From positions 7,728 through 71,727 of the forward strand of contig CAYTPI010000020.1 in assembly GCA_964439625.1 (NCBI GenBank): a stretch of 64,000 bases of DNA. The letters are read 5' to 3'. Positions within the stretch are counted from its first letter, which is position 1. Each line of letters starts with the position of its first letter. A model generated the notes under the pieces. It ran no database searches. It was not told the DNA's origin and was given only the letters and a program-made list of their open reading frames with translations. The translations under genes and the position numbers were made by a program. Shown here piece after piece: positions 49,458 through 58,925 of the stretch. Source of the DNA: an uncultured Anaerolineae bacterium. GTDB taxonomy: Bacteria; Chloroflexota; Anaerolineae; Aggregatilineales; UBA3940.

Positions 49458-51091
49458 GGCACTTTGTAGATCGTGACCTGAGCGTTTGAATACACTTCAA
49501 TTAAATTGTACTTCTGCGGATCTAGACACGATCCATTGCACGCTGCAGAACGCTCAAACGGCCCAACCCAAACATAATCCATAGATAACAGATCAATATC
49601 AGCAGCAAGGTCAGTATTGTGCGCTTACTGTACAAGGAAAAATTGCTCAGCAAGCTCAGTCTTAGTAAGCGAATCGACCGTTTCAGGGCCATGCCCAACG
49701 AAGACCCTCACAGGCGCATAGGCAGGCAGGCTATTACCGCTGTCAAACGTTGAAAGCAGCGTGCTACCCGGTTCCACATTTGACTTAAGCCAGTGCGCAG
49801 CGTCTGATACCCCCCGATGATTAAAAGCGGGAGGCACAGTCGATTGCACCACCCGCGCTGTTCCAAGTAACAAAAGCAGAATGCCTGGAAGAGTCGCGAG
49901 CGATAAGACACCGTACATCAATGACCAACCTCGCTTACTCGGCAGGCCTAATATACGCACCAGATGCGTGACCCCCAACGTAGCAAGCACTGCCAATGGC
50001 AGGATAACGCCTTCGAGGAGCCGCCGCTGCACATTGATTGGTAAATAAACTAACACAAAGACAATTGGTACCCACGCCACCATCAACAGCCACGCAAGGC
50101 GATTTTCAGTAGGCAAAGAATGAATGACTCCATACACAGCGAGAATAATCAACAAGCCAAAGGCGAGTGCGTAGTGCCACAGAGGCGGAGAAATCAATTG
50201 ATTCTGGCTTGACCATGTCGCCAGAACCGGATCGCTCGTGAATAACCAACCATAATAGATTAAGACGACGACCGGGAGACTCCCACTAACTACGGACATC
50301 TTGAGGGCTACCCACAACTTAGGTCGTTCTACAATCAAAATGATTGTAAGCCAGACGGCAACTAAGACGCCAAGTAGCGCTGTATAGAATGGAACAATTA
50401 CACCCATCGTCAGCCATAATACGCCAGCAAAGATCGCTTTCAACGTTGACGATTGCTCAATAGCAGTGAACAACAACAGCCAGCCACCTAGAAAACATAC
50501 GCGAGCCAGCGCCAGATGCGGCAGCGCAAAGAGCTGCAACCATGTAAAAGCCTCCGGGATAAACACAAAGACAGGCGTAAACCCATCAGCAAAAAACAAG
50601 CCAAGCCACCCAAGCCCACTGCTAAACACCGCTAGAGCCCAAGCCAACCGACGAAGGCGCACGTCTTTGAAAAAGAAAGACACAAAACGATAAACCATCC
50701 ACAATAAGACAGCACCAAAAATAACCCGGCTGATGTGAAACGTAATAACCAGTGCTTCAGTTGCAACGTTTGCCCCCTTCCCTGTGAATAGTGCGGCAAC
50801 TTTGCCCAACGTCAGATAAAAGGCAAAGATAATCCCAGCCCGATGCGGTTCCAGCGTGTAGACCATCTGAAATAACCAGCCAGGATAAGTTGCCCCATGG
50901 CGCATCTTAGCGATATACGAATTCATATCATTAAGGGCAAAGACAAAGCCAGAGAATTGATAGATTTCGGTGCTGCTAGCATACCCTACAGCGTAAGGTA
51001 TGCACGTTGATATCAGGGCAATCAGTGTCCAGATTGCCACCCATTGCCATTCCATCGCGGCTATTTTCCGCCGGCTTGAAAGACTCACCAT
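49454..51091 (-). CDS. Uncharacterised GT-C-like membrane protein (module copy A2) with an in-frame TAA at 49627-49625
   Basis: NDMNSYIAKM..G, EPH, FYLTLG, PEAF, PHLA, QRR and FVGHGPET motifs. The frame stays open for 56 more codons (..MDYVWVGPFER..VYSNAQVTIYKVP) to a TGA overlapping the next ATG. Confidence 0.75.
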
Positions 51092-51101
51092 CAGCCTCGC
51101 T

Positions 51102-53180
51102 TCATGAGACGAGTAGAAATCCTATTAGTAGAACTGCCATCCCTCCAGCCAAGCCAGCCAGCATTTTTTGGAAAACAGGGTCGTAGTGAAGGGTCACATC
51201 CGCTGAATGCGTGCCAATTAGACTGATGAATCCTGTCTCACTGGCTTGAATGTCAATTCCTGGTGGATCGGTACGCCACCCCGGCACCCACGGGATCAAC
51301 AGGTCAACGCGATCGTCCGTGTAGGAAACAACGTAGTCTCTTGCATGTATGACGTTAGGATGTTGTTGGCATTCTAGAAATTGATTGAAAGTCAAAGCAT
51401 ATAAAAACAAACTACTATACGAAGTCACTAAGCTAAGTTCCGGATTAAGTAGGCGTTCACGAGAAATTATAAACTCGACGTTTGCCGCTGATAACATGGC
51501 GCTATCGATCTCAGGCGCTTGATTATCTTCAAGTAGTGACGGGACAGGAATCGCGTACTCAGATCGTTCATAGCCCACTGCTTGATGGATATAAGTTACG
51601 GATGCTGTCAATTGAAAGGGGTCAAGACCATTCAGCGACCATTGATCTGCTATAGCAAAGGCTGGGTCCAGAACATCAAAGTGTGTCGTATAAGTGCGCC
51701 CGCACGGAGAAGCGTTACCTAGCGCCGCTAGCAGATCGGACTGTTGTCTGTGAAACGAAGCAAACGGCTGTGACTGGAGCACAACAGGCGCTATCATACC
51801 TAAGATAAGTACCGACGCAGCTGGTAGACTGTAGCGTTGAAACAAGGGGTGTCGGCTTATTGCCAGGATAATCAATGCTGACCCAGTCAGCATTAGGGAA
51901 ATACCAGGCAGCAAAACCAGCCAAGATACACCTGGCACAATAACCAACACACCTGCGATCCAAACGATACCGGCAACCACACTGGCAAACGCTAATAGCC
52001 TTCCAACAGCGGGTATTCGGCGTGCAAGCAAGTGATCAAGACCACGCCCAGCCAATGCCGTCAGTGCAAATATAGCAACAAACCAGGCACGCGATGGTAC
52101 CCGAAAAAATGCTAACAGCGGGAAACGTTCAGTGACTGGGATAAAGACGAAGCCATAGTCTCCTAAGGCCCAAAGAAAAGCCACTAGCATTACCGCACTA
52201 AAGTAGATGACCTCTCGCTTGATGCGCCTCCCAAATGAAGATAGCGACGCCAGCACGTAAATTGATAAGAACATGACTGGATAACCAAGATAGACTGTCA
52301 GCTCATGGTTACCAGCAGTTGGGCCGATTAATATACCAGACAAGAAGGTGCTGGGCGTGATGGAATAAACAGCAGCCTGTGCTGGTGTAATCTCTGAGCG
52401 TGTTAGATAGGGCGAAAGTTGCATAAGCGGGACAAGTTGCACAGAAACAAGCACTAGGTACGTCGCAAATGCCGCCCCAACGTGCCAAACCACTGGCCTC
52501 ACACTCTGCCATCTAACAAACTGCAGCAGTGCATACCCCGCAGCAGTGAGCAAAACCATGGCTGCAATACGTAAATCGGCAAGGGTCAAGAGGGCACAAA
52601 TCAATGACAAGGCAGCGAACGCACGAAGCGTTTGCTGTTGTATCGATTTAAGCACAGCGTAAAATAACAATGGGGCCCAAGCCATAGCATAAAACACATC
52701 CAAATGCCCCGCTCCCAGGTGAGCCAACAGCTTTGTATTGAAGGCCAGCGATAGGCTCATAAGCACAGCCGCCGGAAGGCCGAATTTCGCCCGGCGCGCC
52801 CACAGAAACATGCCGCCAACCAACAGCAGCATATGCAGATAAATCAAAGTATTTAGATGCGCCGTGGGAGGCACAACGAGTACCAGCCACTGCGGCGGAT
52901 ACCACACGTTATTCAAAGGGTTTGCAGCAAAAGGTTGCCCCAGCATTCGACCTGGGTTCCACCATGGAAGTACGCCGTATTCATGGAGAGATTGGCGGAG
53001 ATAGTGAGCCGCAGGCCAATGTTGGAGAGCTGCATCGCTGAAACTTTCACCGGGTAAGTGACCGGGTGGCACCAACAATACGATACCTATAAACGACGCC
53101 ACCATGCACCCAAGTGCTGTGTATCGCCATTGACACTGCTTTATATCCGGATGAGCAGGTTGCCGAGTGGAAGGCGACAT
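51102..53180 (-). CDS. YfhO-like GT-C membrane protein (module copy B1)
   Basis: SDAALQHWP, LPWWNP...GQPFAANP..VWYPP, GAGHLD, FRVPSRAW and shortened C-terminal PGW motif. Confidence 0.75.
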   Translation of the reverse strand: MSPSTRQPAHPDIKQCQWRYTALGCMVASFIGIVLLVPPGHLPGESFSDAALQHWPAAHYLRQSLHEYGVLPWWNPGRMLGQPFAANPLNNVWYPPQWLVLVVPPTAHLNTLIYLHMLLLVGGMFLWARRAKFGLPAAVLMSLSLAFNTKLLAHLGAGHLDVFYAMAWAPLLFYAVLKSIQQQTLRAFAALSLICALLTLADLRIAAMVLLTAAGYALLQFVRWQSVRPVVWHVGAAFATYLVLVSVQLVPLMQLSPYLTRSEITPAQAAVYSITPSTFLSGILIGPTAGNHELTVYLGYPVMFLSIYVLASLSSFGRRIKREVIYFSAVMLVAFLWALGDYGFVFIPVTERFPLLAFFRVPSRAWFVAIFALTALAGRGLDHLLARRIPAVGRLLAFASVVAGIVWIAGVLVIVPGVSWLVLLPGISLMLTGSALIILAISRHPLFQRYSLPAASVLILGMIAPVVLQSQPFASFHRQQSDLLAALGNASPCGRTYTTHFDVLDPAFAIADQWSLNGLDPFQLTASVTYIHQAVGYERSEYAIPVPSLLEDNQAPEIDSAMLSAANVEFIISRERLLNPELSLVTSYSSLFLYALTFNQFLECQQHPNVIHARDYVVSYTDDRVDLLIPWVPGWRTDPPGIDIQASETGFISLIGTHSADVTLHYDPVFQKMLAGLAGGMAVLLIGFLLVS

Positions 53181-53189
53181 ATCGTAATG

Positions 53190-54875
53190 CTATCTAGCAG
53201 TAGCTCGGTACACAACGAATGAACCGTCAGATGACTCAAAGACAGGCGCACCTGCCAATGGGCAGATCTGATCGCCTTCGGCAGCCATGGCAACTTCCTG
53301 CGGGCCCACGACGATATAATCAACTGACTCGACTATCACAACTTCGCAGTTTCTACCAGTGTAGAAGGCTGCTACTGCGGATTGCCGTGCCTCAGCATTG
53401 AGCGTTTCAAACTCGTGGGCAAAAACCACCCGCTGCTCCGGAGCATAGACTGGTATAAAGAGACTGGTTGACTTTTCTGCTAAGACAAGTGCATTTGGTT
53501 CTGCTTCGCTATTGAACCAGTTATACATTTCGTGGCGGGCCGGCGAAATGAAAAAAAATGGGGCGTTTTCTGGCAACGGTGATCCCAAGATAGGGAGTAA
53601 AATACCAACAATGGTTGATGGTAGCAAGAGCGCAAATACACTGGCGAGTACCCTTGTCCGGTAGCGGCGCTTCACGGATTGCATTAACACGCGCCGCAAG
53701 CCGCGCCCAGCATAGATAGCAAGTGGTAACATCAATCCCATTGCGAAGCGGCGCTGCAGCCCAAGTGGCGCATACAAAAGGACGACGATGCAAATAATCC
53801 AAGAGAGCAGCATCCAATCTTCGAGCGTGAGGCGACGACGCATTGTCCCGTAGACACCCAGACCCGCCAAAATGAGGACAGGGCCAAACGCAACCAAATA
53901 GTGCCAGAGAGCTGGCGACGGCGTCTGGTTTTGAGACATCCAAGCGGCAAAGGTTGGGTTTGCAGCGGAGACTGCCCACATGTTATTTAGTGTGATGGGT
54001 AAAGACAACGCCACAACAATTAGCCCCCATTCAACGGCAATTGAGGGGAATTCCCCCGTGATTTGCCAAAGACGAAGTACCACAACAGTACAGGCAACAC
54101 CAATTGGTAGCAGCATAAAAGGTGAAACTAAGGCGAGAAAAACAATCGAAATAACTAACCCAGCTGTCTCGTAGTTCAAACCGGGGCGTAAGTCAGCATC
54201 GACAAAAAAGACGGTATAAAAAACATGTGCGAGCATTGCGCCAGCCGCAATAGCAAACGGAAAGTGCGCGTTACTATATGCTGCTTGAAGCGGGAAAGCT
54301 TCGGGCAAAATGAGAATATCAAACCCAACAACGCCGAAAGGCAGCAATAGCCAGCCAAAGCCACCAGCTAGCACAGCGATAGCCCACGACATCCGGCGCT
54401 GGCTAACATCCTCAGTCCAATCTGCCGTAAAGCGGTAGATCGCCATCATCATAATTAACCCACTGACGACCCGCACCAGGTTGTACAGCAGTGCCACAGG
54501 TATGCTAAGCACACGGGCTAAGTGGCCCAAGGCTAAGTAATAAGAAAAGAGCAGAACACCTTGATGTGGCTCTGGCGTAAAGGTTAACTCAAAGAACCAA
54601 CTTCCCCGTACCCCTTGCATCATCTTGGCGAGATAACTAGCCCCATCGGTTGGGTTAACCAGCACGCCAGTGAAAACGGTACTTTCAACCGAGGCAAAGG
54701 CGAAGGCCCAGATGTATGGCAGCGAAATAATAGCCATTAAAATAGAGCTAAATACAAGTACCCATTGCCACTCTGATTGCTGTATCGTAGCAATGCGATC
54801 CACGTTACGATAGGTCGGTGAAGCAGCAGCTTCTGCTGGCTTCTGCTTTGAGGTTTCGGCGATATCTTGTTGCAA
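53190..54875 (-). CDS. Uncharacterised GT-C-like membrane protein (module copy A1)
   Basis: NPTDGASYLAKM..G, EPH, YYLALGHLA, PEAFP, HFP, LQRRF, FAHEFET and VDYIVVGP; clear paralogue of 49454-51091. Confidence 0.75.
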   Translation of the reverse strand: MQQDIAETSKQKPAEAAASPTYRNVDRIATIQQSEWQWVLVFSSILMAIISLPYIWAFAFASVESTVFTGVLVNPTDGASYLAKMMQGVRGSWFFELTFTPEPHQGVLLFSYYLALGHLARVLSIPVALLYNLVRVVSGLIMMMAIYRFTADWTEDVSQRRMSWAIAVLAGGFGWLLLPFGVVGFDILILPEAFPLQAAYSNAHFPFAIAAGAMLAHVFYTVFFVDADLRPGLNYETAGLVISIVFLALVSPFMLLPIGVACTVVVLRLWQITGEFPSIAVEWGLIVVALSLPITLNNMWAVSAANPTFAAWMSQNQTPSPALWHYLVAFGPVLILAGLGVYGTMRRRLTLEDWMLLSWIICIVVLLYAPLGLQRRFAMGLMLPLAIYAGRGLRRVLMQSVKRRYRTRVLASVFALLLPSTIVGILLPILGSPLPENAPFFFISPARHEMYNWFNSEAEPNALVLAEKSTSLFIPVYAPEQRVVFAHEFETLNAEARQSAVAAFYTGRNCEVVIVESVDYIVVGPQEVAMAAEGDQICPLAGAPVFESSDGSFVVYRATAR

Positions 54876-55056
54876 GGTTTGCTCCGTTAATCTGGCTAGA
54901 TGTATACTCTATCGGCATCTACGAACCGATTACACGGGTCGTCCATCACTTTATATTTTGCTGCATACACCACAGAAGTCATATGTCGGGCCACACATCG
55001 CCATATCCACTTTTGCGTCAGCACCTCTGCGGCGAAACCAACAAAGGGGTTTCCTA

Positions 55057-55761
55057 TTGAAGCAGTCCATCGCATTGTACCAACTACAACAGACCGACAG
55101 CCGAATTGATACTATTCGTAAGCGTCTTGAAGAAATATCTCAACAACTGCGTGAAAATGCTGCTGTACAAAAAGCTGAGGCAGGGTTAGAAACGGCTCAG
55201 CAGCAGTTCCAACATTGGCAAGCGACGCAGAAAGACGCTGAGCTTGAGCGTGATCAGTTGAAGTCGGAAGCAGTGGAGTCGAACGAACGACTCTATTCAG
55301 GAAATGTAACAAATCCCCGTGAATTAGAGGATCTTCAAGGGAAGATTGCCGAACAAAAAAAACGGATCGATAACCTTGACACCGAGATTCTGGAAGCAAT
55401 GATGGAAAAAGAGCAGGCTCAGGAAACGCTAAAAGCTGCACAAATGCAGATGGAAGCGGTCTTAGCGGAACAGTCAGACACGTTGGGCAGCCTCAATAAA
55501 GAACGCCAGGAACTGCAAACGGAGTTGGAGCGCCTAATCCCTGAGCGAGACGAGCTTCGGAACGAAGTTGATGCCAGCCACCTCTCAACCTACGATTCCT
55601 TGCGCTTTGGCAAGAACAAAGTCGCAGTCGCAGCTGTGATTAACAACGATACCTGCGGCGTTTGTGGTGTTGAGATGAACATGCGTGAAATCAAAGATGT
55701 GCGCCGGGGTGAGATTTTGCAATGTGAAACATGCAACCGAATCTTTTACTGGGTATCGTAG
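55057..55761 (+). CDS. Coiled-coil protein with C-terminal C4 Zn-ribbon (DUF164/CT398-like)
   Basis: LYQLQQTDSRID start, long coiled coil with NPREL, and CGVC...CETCNRIFY. TTG at 55057 follows AAAGGGG. Confidence 0.88.
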   Translation: MKQSIALYQLQQTDSRIDTIRKRLEEISQQLRENAAVQKAEAGLETAQQQFQHWQATQKDAELERDQLKSEAVESNERLYSGNVTNPRELEDLQGKIAEQKKRIDNLDTEILEAMMEKEQAQETLKAAQMQMEAVLAEQSDTLGSLNKERQELQTELERLIPERDELRNEVDASHLSTYDSLRFGKNKVAVAAVINNDTCGVCGVEMNMREIKDVRRGEILQCETCNRIFYWVS

Positions 55762-55788
55762 AGACAATAAGTTTAGGCTAGGTATAAA

Positions 55789-58131
55789 ATGCTCAGTCAA
55801 GTAACAAACCGAGTTAGTAAATATAAGGGTCGGGCAGCAACAACGGCACTGGAAAAATACCGGGCGTCAATTGTGGAGCTTGCCAATGGTATGCACATTG
55901 CCGGGCACCTTGTACCCTTAACCGATGTTTCCGTTACCCCGCGCTTCTTTACGGCCCGCCCTCCATTTAACCCACTTGCTGAAGATCAGCTTGATTTCAA
56001 TCCATTGAGTCTCATTCCGTTAACCGTGGACTTCCCACAGGCTTTTGCCTCTTATGAACTTCCAGGCTTTCCGCTCAAAGGTTTGTTGTCAACGAGTAAT
56101 CGCGTGGCCTTGTTGGGATTTGCCGGAAGCGGGCGTTCGACCAGCCTAGCCTTGATTGCTCTACAGACGGCATTACAGGTTGATGACCAGCCTAATCCAA
56201 ACAATCTATTTGATTATCCGGCATTACCGATCTTGGCAAACTTCCAGGACTTCGACTTTGGGCAACTTGCCTTCGACCAAGAGAATGACGTTCTTCAACC
56301 ATTGTTTGAGGCAGCAGCGGTACAGCTAAAATCAATCTCAAATCGTGTCATTGATATGCTGCGAAATGTGACCGCCCTTGGGCATGTTGTCATTCTGATA
56401 GATGATTGGGAAAGTCTACCATCAGAGAAACAGCAAGAAGCAACAGAGTGGCTGGTTCAATTAAGCACCCAATACCCACTGGCAAAGATTGTTATAGCAG
56501 GGCCAACGCTTGGGCATAAACGATTACAAGACATTGGCTTTGCTCCAATCTACATAATGCCGTGGGGGCCTGTAGCACAAGACGAAGTAGTGCAGAAATG
56601 GCGTGAAGCTTGGCCGATGATTGGCGGTCAGCCAGAAGACCCAGCCCCGATACCTGATGCGAATACAGTCAAACGTACCACACGCAACTTACGTGGACGC
56701 AGTCCGCTCGATACAATTCTACGCGTTTGGGCTACCTACGCTGGGAATGACTCGACTGCCCGTCAAGTTGATTGGTACGATGCCTACATCACTCGTACGA
56801 CTCCAGCGCCTTATCTACTAAAAGCACTACACACTTTTGCTGCAGAGACCTTATTTACTGATAAGCCAGACAACAGCTATGATCGGTTCGTCTCATTAAT
56901 AGATGCGGCCCAAGCCAAAGGCGACGGTGCAAGCTCGGTCCGCACGTCAGATTTTGCCTATTCGCTGCTCAACGAAAGTCGCATTCTACAACAATTCAAT
57001 GACGGCACACTCGGCTTTCGGCATGCACCCATCCAAGCCTATCTGGCAGCGAAGACGATTACCGAAGCCGATGCTCCCGACATAATCCCTCGGCGGAAGG
57101 CGCGGCTTGTGATGCCCTTCCTTGCACAACTGCGAGATGTCAGCGACTATGCGGCACAACAGATCACTGAGCCAAATGACTTACTGCTCTCCAATATCTT
57201 AGGCTTAGCTTTGTGGATGCCTGATAGCGACCCAGAGGCTGCATGGCGCACCGAAGTAATGAAAACCTATGCTCGGCTTTTCCTTGCAGGCGAAACATTT
57301 CCACTGGTAAGAGAGCGAACGATGGCAGCATTGGTCTCGACGCTGGATGTCAATACTGCTTTTATCTTTGAACGTGGGCTACAAGATGACGACCCGAAAG
57401 TGCGGTTGCTAAGCGCACTTGGCTTGGGGGCGCTTGGCGACCCGGAAAATGTCGTTTTGCTAGGGCAAGCGACCAACGACACAGACGGCGGCGTCCAAGT
57501 AGCAGCCTGTCTTGGGCTGGGCGCAATCGGCAACAAAGCCGCCCTGACATACATGCTACAAATGTTTGTCACCGGTGATGAAATGGCACGGCGAGCAGTT
57601 GCTGAAATGCTTTCAACAAACGTCAATGGTGAAGGCCATGAAATCCTAAGGGAAGCCCTTGACGAGCCTGATGCTTTAACACGCAAAGCAACTGTTTATG
57701 CACTCGAACGCGTTGACAAACCTTGGGTTATTGAGCAGTTGACCGAGTCAGAGAGACACGATGGGCAATTCATTATTCGTTCTGCAGCGACCGATATTCT
57801 CGAACGAATTCGAAGCGGGGCGATTCATGGCGGCGACACGGTAGAGCAACCAGAAAACACTGAATGGGTCGTTGCTTACTACGAGCAGCAAAATCAAGCA
57901 GTGCGACCTGGTCAAGCAGGCATATTTCAAGTTGTGGATCTGTTGACCAACGGTAGCGAGGTTCAACAACTTGCTGCAGCTGAACTACTCGGGGCCCTTG
58001 GTGCGGCAGAAGCAATCGTAGAATTATACAATGCCCTAAATATCAAACACCCCGAGATTCGAGATTCGGTATACCAAGCGTTGGGGCGCATCAGCCTCAA
58101 AACGGGTGAAGCCTTACCAGCGGTCGTGTAA
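55789..58131 (+). CDS. NACHT-like P-loop domain plus C-terminal HEAT repeats
   Basis: VALLGFAGSGRST (Walker A with R), VVILIDDWE (Walker B-like), IMPW (PhL-like); HEAT repeats VRLLSALGLG, VQVAACLGLG, TRKATVYAL and IRDSVYQALG. Confidence 0.75.
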   Translation: MLSQVTNRVSKYKGRAATTALEKYRASIVELANGMHIAGHLVPLTDVSVTPRFFTARPPFNPLAEDQLDFNPLSLIPLTVDFPQAFASYELPGFPLKGLLSTSNRVALLGFAGSGRSTSLALIALQTALQVDDQPNPNNLFDYPALPILANFQDFDFGQLAFDQENDVLQPLFEAAAVQLKSISNRVIDMLRNVTALGHVVILIDDWESLPSEKQQEATEWLVQLSTQYPLAKIVIAGPTLGHKRLQDIGFAPIYIMPWGPVAQDEVVQKWREAWPMIGGQPEDPAPIPDANTVKRTTRNLRGRSPLDTILRVWATYAGNDSTARQVDWYDAYITRTTPAPYLLKALHTFAAETLFTDKPDNSYDRFVSLIDAAQAKGDGASSVRTSDFAYSLLNESRILQQFNDGTLGFRHAPIQAYLAAKTITEADAPDIIPRRKARLVMPFLAQLRDVSDYAAQQITEPNDLLLSNILGLALWMPDSDPEAAWRTEVMKTYARLFLAGETFPLVRERTMAALVSTLDVNTAFIFERGLQDDDPKVRLLSALGLGALGDPENVVLLGQATNDTDGGVQVAACLGLGAIGNKAALTYMLQMFVTGDEMARRAVAEMLSTNVNGEGHEILREALDEPDALTRKATVYALERVDKPWVIEQLTESERHDGQFIIRSAATDILERIRSGAIHGGDTVEQPENTEWVVAYYEQQNQAVRPGQAGIFQVVDLLTNGSEVQQLAAAELLGALGAAEAIVELYNALNIKHPEIRDSVYQALGRISLKTGEALPAVV

Positions 58132-58158
58132 ACAGACTAACAAAGACTTGACTATTGT

Positions 58159-58539
58159 TTAATCGTCTGGCAGTAGCTCTTCCGGGGCCTCTGCCTTAAA
58201 AAGACGATTGACATCATCTGCATTGATGTTGATAACGCTAATGAGCTTTCGACGAGTTGTGTGGCCGCCAACAATTTCAATGTCTTCAGGATCACAGTTA
58301 AGGAACTCGGAAAGGAACTCCACCAGTTCGCCATTTTCTTCATTCTCGAGCGGATCTGCCATCAGTCTAATTTTGATGGTTCCGTCTTCCTGAATACCCA
58401 CAATCTCTGCTTTACTTGCCTTTGGGACGGTCTTAACGGTAAAAGCAGCGCCGCGAGATGCATCCGTAATATTTAAATCCCCAAGGTCGCGCATAGTAGC
58501 AATCCTTTCAGTCGGATAAGGGCTAGGTACAAGTGCCAT
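58159..58539 (-). CDS. DUF167/YggU family protein
   Basis: FTVKTVPKASK, IKIRL.A.P...ENGELVEFL..L and I..G.T.R.KL. The start may be 58494. Confidence 0.85.
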   Translation of the reverse strand: MALVPSPYPTERIATMRDLGDLNITDASRGAAFTVKTVPKASKAEIVGIQEDGTIKIRLMADPLENEENGELVEFLSEFLNCDPEDIEIVGGHTTRRKLISVININADDVNRLFKAEAPEELLPDD

Positions 58540-58554
58540 AATTGGTTGGGATCA

Positions 58555-58594
58555 AATAACGACCATCAGACACTGTCTTATAATGGTCGTTATT
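58555..58594. repeat. 12-bp inverted repeat between yggT and the DUF167 gene
   Basis: AATAACGACCAT-N16-ATGGTCGTTATT, with an inner AGAC/GTCT mini-stem. Confidence 0.55.
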
Positions 58595-58608
58595 ATACAC
58601 TACTTCGG

Positions 58609-58869
58609 CTAAATGAGGCGGTAGAGCATACCGCTAAGCAGATTTAAGCCAATCAACACAACTAATACGCTGATGTCAAGTCCACCAATCGGTGGAATAA
58701 TGCGCCGAACGGGTTGCAAAACCGGCTCGGTGATGTTGTAAAGAAAGCGCACAATAGGATTGTATGGGTCTGGGCGGAACCAGCTTATTAAAGCGCGGGC
58801 GATTAATACAAAGGCATAGAATCTAAAGAATCCTGCCAAAATCGATATTAATAGAAATCTTGGGTCCAT
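58609..58869 (-). CDS. yggT: YggT/YlmG family membrane protein
   Basis: LISWF.PDPYNPIVRFLYNITEPVL.PVRRIIPPIGGLDIS. Confidence 0.93.
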   Translation of the reverse strand: MDPRFLLISILAGFFRFYAFVLIARALISWFRPDPYNPIVRFLYNITEPVLQPVRRIIPPIGGLDISVLVVLIGLNLLSGMLYRLI

Positions 58870-58925
58870 TTTACATCTTTCTCACGGTCAAAGTTTTACT
58901 ATTGACGAACAATTCAGTCTCTAAC

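Noticed and set aside
53521-53979. 152-aa alternative-frame ORF within module copy A1
   Set aside because: Nested in a conserved paralogous CDS; no start context.
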